This document shows, piece after piece, positions 1 through 8,346 of a stretch of DNA of 64,000 bases; the first letter of the stretch is position 1, and each line of letters starts with the position of its first letter. The stretch is from an uncultured Gammaproteobacteria bacterium (GTDB taxonomy: Bacteria; Pseudomonadota; Gammaproteobacteria; UBA9214): contig CAVPAE010000006.1 in assembly GCA_963701455.1 (NCBI GenBank), positions 900,458 through 964,457 on the forward strand, read 5' to 3'. The translations under genes and the position numbers were made by a program. The notes beneath the pieces are model-generated. The model made no database searches. It saw only the letters and a program-made list of their open reading frames with translations, and was not told the DNA's origin.

Positions 1-1
1 T

Positions 2-286
2 GAGTTAGCTGCGCTGCTCGATCAGTCTGGAGAAATTCCTGAGGGAATAATCGAAGATGAACTACTTGCTGTTATTTACAGAGCGGATCCGGCTCTTGAT
101 GATGAATCCGGTCGATTAGTGCCAGGTATGAAAAACTCTGAAATATCTCTATCGCTTCATCTCACTGAACCAGGTCCAGATGGTATTTCACCGCTCGGTG
201 GAATTAGGGGGCAAGAGGCAATATTTTATTTGGTGCTAGAAGAACTTCAGAAGATTGGGTATGAGGTAGTAGATGGTCGCGTATAA
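2..286 (+). CDS. 3' end of a cassette ORF (hypothetical protein, truncated by the window edge)
   Basis: The open frame runs from the window start to TAA at 284-286. The stop lies inside the inverse core (GTATAAC) of the first attC. There is no recognisable similarity. Confidence 0.35.
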   Translation, partial: ELAALLDQSGEIPEGIIEDELLAVIYRADPALDDESGRLVPGMKNSEISLSLHLTEPGPDGISPLGGIRGQEAIFYLVLEELQKIGYEVVDGRV

Positions 287-370
287 CAAGTCGCCCAAGC
301 CGACGCGGGAAAGTATTGTGGCGCTTCGCGGAGGGTTTCTTGGCCGCGCGGCTTGGCTCAAACGTTAGGC
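281..370 (+). other. attC recombination site (cassette 1)
   Basis: Inverse core GTATAAC at 281-287. Core GTTAGGC at 364-370. Imperfect internal palindrome gcccaagccg...cggcttggct. Confidence 0.55.
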
Positions 371-375
371 ATCAT

Positions 376-780
376 ATGACTAGAGAACAAAGGGGCTTGG
401 TGCTCTACTGGATGTTCGGAGGAGTTGTTATTCTGGTTGGAGCTAGCACATTGCTTCTAGATATCAAATTTCAAGAATTAGCTTTATTGGGTGTTTCAGC
501 TTTTTATGGATTGGTTTCGCTGTTTCAGGACTTCTCATACTATCGAGGATACGGAAGCGGAAGACAGTTGCTTGGTAAATTTATTGAGTGTCATCCCAAA
601 TTAAAAGTATGGACAGTAGGCTACTGTGTGTTTGTATTACCGTACTTAATTTATAAGATTCAAGCTGATAATGAGGTTTCTGGAGTGTTGTACTTTTTGA
701 GCCTTCTACTACTGATCGGGCCATTCGTATATGTATCAGAGGTTGAGCGTTTTCATTCAATGGGCGACAAGAATGCCTAA
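376..780 (+). CDS. Cassette-encoded small integral membrane protein (134 aa, about 4 TM helices), function unknown
   Basis: ATG at 376. Hydrophobic segments include VLYWMFGGVVILVGASTLLL and VLYFLSLLLLIGPFVYV. The TAA stop lies in the attC inverse core. The ORF track starts at 316 from an upstream in-frame start. Confidence 0.55.
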   Translation: MTREQRGLVLYWMFGGVVILVGASTLLLDIKFQELALLGVSAFYGLVSLFQDFSYYRGYGSGRQLLGKFIECHPKLKVWTVGYCVFVLPYLIYKIQADNEVSGVLYFLSLLLLIGPFVYVSEVERFHSMGDKNA

Positions 781-835
781 CAAACGCCTCCAAGGCGACG
801 CGGCTCCGCCGCGCGCTTGAGGCGAGGCGTTAGGC
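775..835 (+). other. attC recombination site (cassette 2)
   Basis: GCCTAAC at 775-781 and GTTAGGC at 829-835. Dyad symmetry aacgcctc...gaggcgtt. A nearly identical copy occurs at 4739-4799. Confidence 0.7.
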
Positions 836-910
836 ATCATATGACTAGAGAACAAAGGGGCTTGGTGCTCTACTGGATGTTCGGAGGAGTTGTTATTCTG
901 GTTGGAGCTA

Positions 911-2065
911 GTGTAGGTCGTCATAAATAATGTAACATATAAGCTCTTGCGAAGTACTGAGGGCTTCCTATGCGAATTGCGGTAGAAATTGCTTTGTCTG
1001 AGGATGAAGTCGCTCACCTGAGCAAGTTGTCAAAATCACGTTCAGTATCCGTGCGGCTTGCAGAACGTTCACGAATTATTCTGCTGGCAGGGACGGGCAT
1101 GACCAATGAAGAGATTGGCGATGAACTGGGCATTACAAGACAGAAGGCGGGCCGCTGGCGAGTGCGCTACGCCGAAAGTGGAATCGACGGTATCAGCCAG
1201 GATGCATCTCGACCCGGACGAAAACCAAAGATCAGTTCACGCAAAGTCGCGAAAGTGATTAAGCTCACAACACAAACGACACCGGAAAATGCAACGCATT
1301 GGAGCCAACGTCTGATGGCAGAGAAGGTAGGCATCAGCATGTCATCAGTGGGGCGGATATGGAAAAGTCATGGTTTGAAACCGCACCGGGTGAGTACGTT
1401 CAAGCTATCAAATGATAAAGCGTTTGCTGAGAAGCTGGAGGCTATTGTCGGCCTTTATGTGTCCCCTCCAGAAAATGCCATCGTATTGAGTTGTGATGAA
1501 AAGAGTCAGATACAAGCATTGGATAGAACACAGCCTGGCTTGCCGATGAAGAAAGGCAAGGTGGCAACCATGACACATGACTATAAACGCAATGGCACCA
1601 CGACTCTGTTTGCCGCACTGAACACGTTAACAGGAGAAGTACTGGGTACCTGTACCCAGCGGCATCGACATCAGGAATGGCTGGTGTTTCTACGCAAGAT
1701 CAATCAATCCACGCCCAAGGATAAAGACATTCACATTATCTGTGATAACTATGCGACGCATAAACACCCAAAGGTGAAAAGCTGGTTGAGATATCACAAA
1801 CGTTTCCACGTCCATTTTACGCCGACCAGTGCATCGTGGCTAAACATGGTAGAACGATTCTTTCGTGAGTTGACTGATAAGCAGTTAAGACGGGGCGTGT
1901 TTAGCAGCGTGAAAGAACTTCAAGAGTCAGTGATGACATTCATTGAGAAGCACAATAAAGCCCCAGCACCTTACATCTGGACCAAGTCAGCAACCGACAT
2001 CCTGGAGAAAGTGAAGCGCGGGAGAGAAAATCTCAATAAGTTACAGACTGTTTGACGAGGTACAC
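911..2065 (+). mobile_element. IS630-family insertion sequence (copy A), flanked by TA
   Basis: Imperfect terminal inverted repeats gtgtaggtcgtc / gtgtacctcgtc. TA at 909-910 and at 2066-2067. The target gene has TA at the equivalent position (444-445). Confidence 0.7.
970..2055 (+). CDS. IS630-family DDE transposase
   Basis: 361 aa. N-terminal helix-turn-helix region. DDE region with the conserved blocks HDYKRNGTTTLFAALN, ICDNYATHK and SWLNMVERFF. Confidence 0.85.
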   Translation: MRIAVEIALSEDEVAHLSKLSKSRSVSVRLAERSRIILLAGTGMTNEEIGDELGITRQKAGRWRVRYAESGIDGISQDASRPGRKPKISSRKVAKVIKLTTQTTPENATHWSQRLMAEKVGISMSSVGRIWKSHGLKPHRVSTFKLSNDKAFAEKLEAIVGLYVSPPENAIVLSCDEKSQIQALDRTQPGLPMKKGKVATMTHDYKRNGTTTLFAALNTLTGEVLGTCTQRHRHQEWLVFLRKINQSTPKDKDIHIICDNYATHKHPKVKSWLRYHKRFHVHFTPTSASWLNMVERFFRELTDKQLRRGVFSSVKELQESVMTFIEKHNKAPAPYIWTKSATDILEKVKRGRENLNKLQTV

Positions 2066-2067
2066 TA

Positions 2068-3209
2068 GTGGTCCATGCGGTTAATTCTGTAACGCGTCCT
2101 TTGCGCGACCGACAGCGGCCAGGATATGACTGGCCGGTTTCGTCCACTTGAAGGGCTTGGCACTCTCGGCGTTGTGAGCCTTAATGAACCGTTCCAACTC
2201 GGCCTTCAGTTCTGGCACGCTGGTAAAGACACCCCGATACAAGGCACGCCGTTCCAGTTGCGCAAACCAGCCTTCCACCGCATTGAGCCAGGACGAACTG
2301 GTCGGTGTGAAATGCAGATGAATGCGCGGGCGTAAAGCCACCCACTCCTGAACTGCCTGCGTTTTGTGGGCACTCAGGTTGTCTACAATAATATGTAATT
2401 GCCGATCCGCCGGGGTGCGTCGATCGAGCAGCTTTAGGAACGACAGAAATGCCTTGCTGTTCGTGCGCTCTGCCACTTTGCCGATCACTTTTCCGGTCAA
2501 TGTGTTGAATGCCGCATACAAGCTGGTGGTGCCGTTCCTTTTATAGTCGTGGGTGCGACTACCGATTCGGCTGGGATTGAGCGGCAATCCCGGTTGGGTA
2601 CGATCCAACGCTTGAATCTGCGTCTTCTCATCCACACTGAGCACCACGGCGTTTTCCGGCGGGTTCATGTAAAGGCCGATAATATCGACGACCTTCTCGG
2701 CAAACTGTGGATCGTTGCTGATCTTGAACGTCTTCAAGCGATGCGGCCGCAGGTCTGCCGCCTTCCAGATCTGGCGAACCTGCCAGGGCGTGACATCCGC
2801 ATAGCTCGCCATCAACTCAATGCTCCAGTGCGTCGCTTCCTGGGGGACCCGTTTGGTCGTCAAAAACAAAACCTTTTCCACTGTCTTCTTGTCGATGACT
2901 GTCGGGCGTCCGCTGCGCGCCCGCTCCAGCAGGCCGTCAATCCCTTCGGCTTCAAATCGATTTCGCCAGCGATGTACCGTCTTTGCCGTGGTTCTCTGAG
3001 CGGTGGCCACTTGTGTCGGTGTCATCCCCTCACTGAGCTGAAGGATGATCTTCGCCCGCATGATCTGACCATGCGGGAGCGTGGTCGAACGGCACCACTC
3101 GTTCAGCACTGCTGCATCCTTGTCGGACAATTGAAAGGTCTTGGGTAAGCGCATGCCATAGTGTATATGCCCTGAACTATTAATAACAATATTTTACGCA
3201 TGAACCACT
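2068..3209 (-). mobile_element. IS630-family insertion sequence (copy B, a different member), inserted at the TA adjacent to copy A
   Basis: Terminal inverted repeats gtggtccatgcggttaat / gtggttcatgcgtaaaat. TA at 2066-2067 and at 3210-3211. The interrupted gene resumes at 3212. Confidence 0.7.
2081..3154 (-). CDS. IS630-family DDE transposase
   Basis: 357 aa, paralogous to 970..2055. Conserved blocks HDYKRNGTTSLYAAFN, VDNLSAHK and SWLNAVEGWF. Confidence 0.85.
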   Translation of the reverse strand: MRLPKTFQLSDKDAAVLNEWCRSTTLPHGQIMRAKIILQLSEGMTPTQVATAQRTTAKTVHRWRNRFEAEGIDGLLERARSGRPTVIDKKTVEKVLFLTTKRVPQEATHWSIELMASYADVTPWQVRQIWKAADLRPHRLKTFKISNDPQFAEKVVDIIGLYMNPPENAVVLSVDEKTQIQALDRTQPGLPLNPSRIGSRTHDYKRNGTTSLYAAFNTLTGKVIGKVAERTNSKAFLSFLKLLDRRTPADRQLHIIVDNLSAHKTQAVQEWVALRPRIHLHFTPTSSSWLNAVEGWFAQLERRALYRGVFTSVPELKAELERFIKAHNAESAKPFKWTKPASHILAAVGRAKDALQN

Positions 3210-3332
3210 AGCACATTGCTTCTAGATATCAAATTTCAAGAATTAGCTTTATTGGGTGTTTCAGCTTTTTATGGATTGGTTTCGCTGTTTCAGGGTAATC
3301 ATCCCTTTTTTAACCGGCACCAAAAGTAGACG

Positions 3333-4157
3333 TCATGCTGCTACCAGCATGTGTTTTGGTGGAAAGCCACCATTGGCCTTGTTGGGCCGTTCATGATTGT
3401 AGAACCAGAGCCACTGCGTAGCATAGTCCTGAACCTCTTCGATTGAGTCGAACTGGTACTGGCTCAGCCAGCTGTAGCGAACCGTTCGGTTGTAGCGTTC
3501 GACATAGGCATTCTGTTGTGGCTTGCCTGGCTGGATGAATTCCAGCTGGATGTCGTGCCTGCCCGCCCATACTTCCAGGTCCTGACTGATGAATTCCGGG
3601 CCGTTGTCACAACGTAGCCGGCCAGGTTTGCCGCGCCATTCGATGATCTGATCCAGCGCCCGGATCACACGTACGGCGGGCAGCGAGAAATCGGCTTCAA
3701 TGCCCAGCCCCTCACGGTTGAAGTCATCCAGCACATTGAACAACCGGAAGGTACGACCATCCGTCAGCTGATCATGCATGAAGTCCATGGACCAAGTCGC
3801 ATTCGGCGCTTCGGGCACTGTCAGTGGCACAGGTTTTTCACGCTGCATTCGTCGCTTGGGCTTGATTCGCAGGTTCAATTCCAACTCGCAGTAAATCCGA
3901 CGGATACGCTTGTGGTTCCAGGCAAAACCCTTGACGTTACGCAGATAGTCCCGGCACAGACCGAAGCCCCAGTCCTTCTGATTATGCGTCAACCGGACCA
4001 GCCAGTCGGCAATCTCGGCATTCTCATCGGACAGGATCGGTTGGTAACGATAGCAGGTCTCGCTGATGCCAAAGGCCACGCAAACCAGGCGAACACTGGC
4101 ACCGTATGTCGATGCCGCTTCCTTGGCCATCTCCTTGCGTCGAGATGGCCTCACCAC
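3333..4157 (-). CDS. IS3-family transposase OrfB (integrase catalytic core)
   Basis: 274 aa with a DDE/rve-type core ([10 protein letters not shown]..., ...CDNGPEFIS...). Confidence 0.85.
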   Translation of the reverse strand: MVRPSRRKEMAKEAASTYGASVRLVCVAFGISETCYRYQPILSDENAEIADWLVRLTHNQKDWGFGLCRDYLRNVKGFAWNHKRIRRIYCELELNLRIKPKRRMQREKPVPLTVPEAPNATWSMDFMHDQLTDGRTFRLFNVLDDFNREGLGIEADFSLPAVRVIRALDQIIEWRGKPGRLRCDNGPEFISQDLEVWAGRHDIQLEFIQPGKPQQNAYVERYNRTVRYSWLSQYQFDSIEEVQDYATQWLWFYNHERPNKANGGFPPKHMLVAA

Positions 4158-4417
4158 TTTTTTGCCAGCGCCTCCTGGACCATCTCCGCCTTGAGACGCT
4201 CATCGGCATACATCTTCTTCAGCCGCCGGTTCTCGTCCTCCAGCTCCTTCAGGCGCTTCATCAGTGAGGCATCCATCCCTCCGAACTTGGCGCGCCACTT
4301 GTAAAATGCCGCGCTGCTCATGCCGTGTTCCCGGCACAGCGCCGGCACCGGCGTCCCGGCCTCGGCCTGCTTCAGAATCGCCAGGATCTGGCTGTCACTA
4401 TAACGTGATGTTTTCAT
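4151..4417 (-). CDS. IS3-family transposase OrfA (helix-turn-helix)
   Basis: 88 aa with a helix-turn-helix and leucine zipper. It overlaps OrfB at the AAAAAAG heptamer (minus strand, about 4152-4160), consistent with a -1 programmed frameshift. Confidence 0.8.
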   Translation of the reverse strand: MKTSRYSDSQILAILKQAEAGTPVPALCREHGMSSAAFYKWRAKFGGMDASLMKRLKELEDENRRLKKMYADERLKAEMVQEALAKKW

Positions 4418-4738
4418 GCAGAATCTCCTCTTAACCTATTATGAGAAAATTCTACTTCTGATGTCAGCTAGTTTTGGGGATGATTACCTCAGGACTTCTC
4501 ATACTATCGAGGATACGGAAGCGGAAGACAGTTGCTTGGTAAATTTATTGAGTGTCATCCCAAATTAAAAGTATGGACAGTAGGCTACTGTGTGTTTGTA
4601 TTACCGTACTTAATTTATAAGATTCAAGCTGATAATGAGGTTTCTGGAGTGTTGTACTTTTTGAGCCTTCTACTACTGATCGGGCTATTCGTATATGTAT
4701 CAGAGGTTGAGCGTTTTCATTCAATGGGCGACAAGAAT

Positions 4739-4799
4739 GCCTAACAAACGCCTCCAAGGCGACGCGGCTCCGCCGCGCGCTTGAGGCGAGGCGTTATGT
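4739..4799 (+). other. attC recombination site (cassette 3, duplicate of the 775-835 site; core GTTATGT)
   Basis: Identical to attC 2 apart from the last bases of the core, which derive from the downstream cassette. Confidence 0.65.
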
Positions 4800-4834
4800 T
4801 TAAAAAACAAAAATATTGGAGCCTCTAGATTTAA

Positions 4835-5488
4835 ATGGATACAAATACATGGTTAATAACTGTTTTTGGCATATATATAGCGAGTGTTGTCACGTACTCA
4901 ATAGTATATTTCCGGTTGTATGAAAAAGATCACTCTCGTTTTCTATTTAATGAAAAGGCCATGGAGAAGCAGCATAACAACCTTATCGATAAATTAAATA
5001 AAACCACTTCAGATTCCATCAAAAACAGCCCGTTACTTTTAGATGTTTTAGGTTATTTAGAAAAGCATCAGGAAATTAAAAGTATTAAAAATAAATGGAT
5101 CCTACTTGAATCTGGTAATAGCTTTAAATACAGCAGGGATGCCTTTGCACATCAAGGAGGTGCGCATGTTTTGACCACCTTAAAAATAAGAGATGAAAAA
5201 GAAGAATTGATTTTTGACCACAGATGGAACGACGTAGATGGGTTAATAAAGATAATTTCGGAACACATGTCTAGCACAGAGGCGCTAATTAAATCTTTAA
5301 GTCATAAAATAAGCACATCTGAAAACCAGTATCCTGATTTTTGGTCATATTTTGACTTTTTATATTTTAGTGTAATTAGCCAAACCACTGTTGGATATGG
5401 TGATATTCTCCCGAACTCTACTTTGATAAGGAAAGTCGTAATCACTCTAGTAATGCTAGGCCTACTTACTATTTGTTGTCATAATTAA
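4835..5488 (+). CDS. Cassette-encoded 2-TM potassium-channel-like protein (selectivity filter TTVGYGD) with a ~135-aa domain inserted between TM1 and the pore helix
   Basis: 217 aa. TM1 is residues about 6-27. The pore helix and filter are FSVISQTTVGYGDILP. The C-terminal TM is VVITLVMLGLLTICC. Confidence 0.55.
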   Translation: MDTNTWLITVFGIYIASVVTYSIVYFRLYEKDHSRFLFNEKAMEKQHNNLIDKLNKTTSDSIKNSPLLLDVLGYLEKHQEIKSIKNKWILLESGNSFKYSRDAFAHQGGAHVLTTLKIRDEKEELIFDHRWNDVDGLIKIISEHMSSTEALIKSLSHKISTSENQYPDFWSYFDFLYFSVISQTTVGYGDILPNSTLIRKVVITLVMLGLLTICCHN

Positions 5489-5507
5489 TCTGTCTTTTCA
5501 GGCGCAA

Positions 5508-5580
5508 ACATAACAAATCGTTCATGTGGGAATTTTGTTACGCTGCGCTTCACAAAATCCCCATAACTCAAACGTTAGGC
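5508..5580 (+). other. attC recombination site (cassette 4; degenerate inverse core ACATAAC, core GTTAGGC)
   Basis: Core GTTAGGC at 5574-5580 is preceded by ctcaaac as in attC 1. Internal pairing aacaaa/tttgtt. Confidence 0.45.
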
Positions 5581-5606
5581 AGCTACCATGAGCCATAAAG
5601 GGATAC

Positions 5607-5801
5607 ATGAACTTTAACGGACTACAAAAGACTTATTGGGAACAGCAAATTGCGCGTGTAGAACGTGTTCGCGAGCAGATAGCTTCCCGACTGAATATCA
5701 GTCCCGGTCGCACCATCCCCGACACAACAGATCTTGCTATAGGCAACAGGTCGCAGATTGTCTGCAGCCATAATGTTCATCGATATTTGTGGATTCTCTA
5801 A
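5607..5801 (+). CDS. Small ORF at the start of cassette 5 (64 aa). It may be an independent small protein or the frameshifted N-terminus of the downstream cyclase.
   Basis: ATG with a good ribosome-binding site (aaaggga). It overlaps the cyclase ORF by 44 nt in another frame. The cyclase frame has a stop only 6 codons before its start. Confidence 0.25.
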   Translation: MNFNGLQKTYWEQQIARVERVREQIASRLNISPGRTIPDTTDLAIGNRSQIVCSHNVHRYLWIL

Positions 5802-6360
5802 TCGTCCATCTGAGACAGAGGCAGAACAGGCAGCGTTAATGGCTGCGCTCAATCTGTTTTTTTCTGAAATGATTAAAATTGCGGAAGACTATGGCGGGAC
5901 TGTAGAAAAGAATACCGGTGATGGTTTAATGGCCTATTTTGAGGATGGAACTTCAACACCGCCAGAAAATGGGCCACACAGAGCAGTCGCGTGTGCCTTA
6001 ACCATGATGGCAGCTTCAGAGCATTTGCTGAATCCAATTCTTGCGAGATCGGACATCGACCCTATTCAGTTTCGCATATGCATTGATTCGGGCAACGTGA
6101 CAATAGCCAAGCTTGGTGCAGCTAGACGATTCAATGCGGTAGTGGCAATAGGTACAACTGCTAATGTTGCATCAAAGATGCTCGCAACTGCCAAAGCCGG
6201 ACAAATACTTCTAGGCGAGAATGTAAAAGCAAAACTGCCTTTAGAATGGCAGGTTTCTTGGGTGAAATTGCATACGTACAAGACAGGGTGGGTATTCCGT
6301 ACTAACGAACAACCCTATTCCTTTTATCTGTTCGACGCACATTGGGCAAGGTTACTGTAA
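5758..6360 (+). CDS. Class III nucleotidyl (adenylyl/guanylyl-type) cyclase catalytic domain, stand-alone (~200 aa)
   Basis: CHD (cyclase homology domain) motifs: RRLSAAIMFIDICGFS (metal-binding Asp), EKNTGDGLMAYF (second Asp), FRICIDSGNVTIAKLG, GTTANVASKM. Start is TTG at 5758 or ATG at 5773. Confidence 0.7.
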   Translation: MSAAIMFIDICGFSNRPSETEAEQAALMAALNLFFSEMIKIAEDYGGTVEKNTGDGLMAYFEDGTSTPPENGPHRAVACALTMMAASEHLLNPILARSDIDPIQFRICIDSGNVTIAKLGAARRFNAVVAIGTTANVASKMLATAKAGQILLGENVKAKLPLEWQVSWVKLHTYKTGWVFRTNEQPYSFYLFDAHWARLL

Positions 6361-7001
6361 TGGGAAATGACTCTAATGAATTGGCCTCGAAAAGCCAAAT
6401 TCCAATTCCTGCTGAGCTTGAGGGTAAAAACCTGGGGACTCCTGCCCGGCAAGGGAAAAGCGGTGATGTTAGTGGGGTTGTCGCAGAATCAGAGCAATCA
6501 GATACGAAAAAAATAGATCATGTGGATAAATATGCCAAGCATCTCCACTCGTACATTCGGGAATATATATCCGCAGCTGATAAAAAGGCTTCATTTGTGT
6601 TTGCAATTGGAGCTGCACTGTTGGTGTATCTTTATGAAAAGAATCTTGCCGTAACCTGGGTCAAGGCTGTAAATACATGGACCCTTAATGAAGGGATCAT
6701 CTTTTTAGCAATTATAGGCCTCGCTATATCGTGCCTTCTTTCAATTTTGGTTGTTGTCCCTTTTCTTAAAGGCTCAAGGAGAGGGTTTGTTTTTTGGGAC
6801 TCCATCGCTGAATTTAGCAACTCTTCTGAGTTTTCGAATGAGCTATTTAAGCTGGGCGACTCACAGCTAACGGAAGAAATACTACGGCACTCTTACGAGC
6901 TCTCGCGCGTGTGCAAACGGAAATATCTATTACTGAACTGGTCATTAAGAGTTGGTGCAGTAGGCGCAATATGTACGTTGCTTGTTCTTGTAAAAGGGTG
7001 A
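6342..7001 (+). CDS. Multi-TM membrane protein co-encoded with the cyclase; candidate membrane-disrupting effector (SLATT-like topology)
   Basis: 219 aa. Overlaps the cyclase ORF by 19 nt. N-terminal soluble/low-complexity region, then TM helices FVFAIGAALLVYLY and IIFLAIIGLAISCLLSILVVVPFL, a ~70-aa soluble segment, and a C-terminal TM VGAVGAICTLLVLV. Confidence 0.55.
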   Translation: MGKVTVMGNDSNELASKSQIPIPAELEGKNLGTPARQGKSGDVSGVVAESEQSDTKKIDHVDKYAKHLHSYIREYISAADKKASFVFAIGAALLVYLYEKNLAVTWVKAVNTWTLNEGIIFLAIIGLAISCLLSILVVVPFLKGSRRGFVFWDSIAEFSNSSEFSNELFKLGDSQLTEEILRHSYELSRVCKRKYLLLNWSLRVGAVGAICTLLVLVKG

Positions 7002-7010
7002 TAAAACGCT

Positions 7011-7065
7011 GCCTAACAAGGCGCCCCAGCCGGACGCTTCGCGCCGCTGGGCTTGGTCGTTAGGC
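7011..7065 (+). other. attC recombination site (cassette 5)
   Basis: GCCTAAC at 7011-7017 and GTTAGGC at 7059-7065. Internal dyad gcgccccagc...gctgggcttggtc. Confidence 0.7.
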
Positions 7066-7118
7066 ATAACGAGTTAAAGTGCCAGTATATTTATAGATAG
7101 AAAAGGGCTATTACACTT

Positions 7119-8003
7119 ATGAAATACGAAAACCCTAATGAATTACGCAAAGCTTGGCTGTCAAATGATAAAACATGGTCGCAGGCTCGTAAAAAAGAGT
7201 GGGGACGAATTAATGAAAAAATTAAGAGTCGCGCGTTCCAGTTTGTTAGAGCTCATGACAATATCAAAAGACTGAAAAGCTATTTTTTGACTGGCTTTCC
7301 GCCAGGCCCGGTTCCTAATGACGAACTAGATCTGCATAAATATTATTTTCGACCCCTTGCAGGGATTCCAGGAAATATCCTCTTTGAATGCTGGCTTTCA
7401 CCCGATCACTCTAAAGAATATTTCTCTGAAGTTATTGAAAGAAACCCGGACAACCTTGTAGATAGCCGTAACAGATTTAGAAAAATGGTGCGGGATTTTT
7501 TTCCTGAAAAAGAGGGGACACTATTTGACGGGCTCGAATCGGATTTCTATCTATTGTTGGGTGGGAACAGGTGTAGAAAAGATATCGAATATCCTGATAT
7601 TGATGACGATGAATATAAAAAAAGATGTCACACGCACTTTAATGAATGCCTGCCAATTATTAATCGGGTACTTTTTGCTGAGCCTGAAGACGTGAATACT
7701 AAAGATATTGCCCATTTGATGGTGGCAGAATTCATTGATAGTTATACAGGTTCATTTGAATTAGTAGTTAACCATGAATATGAAGAAGGGCTAACGTTCA
7801 AAGACTATGGTCTTGATGAAATCCGTCGTAGCCAGCTCGAACGCTGTAGTGAAATACTAAAGGCGGAAGATAAATTACACCCTCGACAGATTGAAATTGC
7901 AACGCAGCTTTTGAGCTCAATAAATGAGTTGAAATTACATGAAGAACTTGAAAAAGTGATCTCACCATATTTGATAGACACCATAAATTCGCATGATGCC
8001 TAA
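7119..8003 (+). CDS. Cassette-encoded hypothetical soluble protein (294 aa)
   Basis: Clean ORF with a ribosome-binding site. Its TAA stop lies inside the next attC inverse core. No recognisable motifs. Confidence 0.55.
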   Translation: MKYENPNELRKAWLSNDKTWSQARKKEWGRINEKIKSRAFQFVRAHDNIKRLKSYFLTGFPPGPVPNDELDLHKYYFRPLAGIPGNILFECWLSPDHSKEYFSEVIERNPDNLVDSRNRFRKMVRDFFPEKEGTLFDGLESDFYLLLGGNRCRKDIEYPDIDDDEYKKRCHTHFNECLPIINRVLFAEPEDVNTKDIAHLMVAEFIDSYTGSFELVVNHEYEEGLTFKDYGLDEIRRSQLERCSEILKAEDKLHPRQIEIATQLLSSINELKLHEELEKVISPYLIDTINSHDA

Positions 8004-8060
8004 CAAGGCAAATTCAGCTGACGCGCCAAAGGCGCGCGCGGCTGATTTGCGGCGTTAGAG
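7998..8060 (+). other. attC recombination site (cassette 6; core GTTAGAG)
   Basis: GCCTAAC at 7998-8004. Dyad gctgacgcgcc...ggcgcgcgcggctga. Confidence 0.6.
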
Positions 8061-8112
8061 GGCTGAATATAACGTCTTGACGTTATGGCGACATAGTGCT
8101 ATATATTACCCC

Positions 8113-8346
8113 ATGAGCAGTGATCCCAAACGAGCAACCGTATATTTTGATCCAGCGCTTCACCGCGCACTCCGGGTCAAAGCAGCAGAGACTGAGCGAT
8201 CCATATCGGACCTGGTCAATGAGGCTGTGCAATTAAGCCTTGTTGAGGATGCCGAGGACCTTGCTGCTTTCGAAGACAGGGTGAACGAGCCCAGCTTGCC
8301 GTATGAAGATGTCGTTAAAGATCTGAAACGACGTGGAAAAATATAA
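8113..8346 (+). CDS. Type II antitoxin, ribbon-helix-helix (RelB/ParD-like)
   Basis: RATVYFDPALHRALRVKAAETERSISDLVNEAV is an RHH antitoxin signature. It overlaps the downstream toxin gene by 14 nt. Confidence 0.7.
   Translation: MSSDPKRATVYFDPALHRALRVKAAETERSISDLVNEAVQLSLVEDAEDLAAFEDRVNEPSLPYEDVVKDLKRRGKI

Larger units (their letters stand above)
3295..4488 (-). mobile_element. IS3-family insertion sequence with a 3-5 bp target duplication (tca/tcagg)
   Basis: Terminal inverted repeats ggtaatcatccc. The flanking tcagg is duplicated. The interrupted gene resumes at about 4489. Two overlapping transposase ORFs with an A6G slippery site. Confidence 0.7.
841..4744 (+). pseudogene. Second tandem copy of the small-membrane-protein cassette ORF, split into three pieces (841-910, 3212-3294, 4489-4744) by IS insertions
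   Basis: Segments 826-910, 3207-3296 and 4491-4744 are near-identical to 359-443, 443-530 and 530-780 of cassette 2. Confidence 0.6.
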
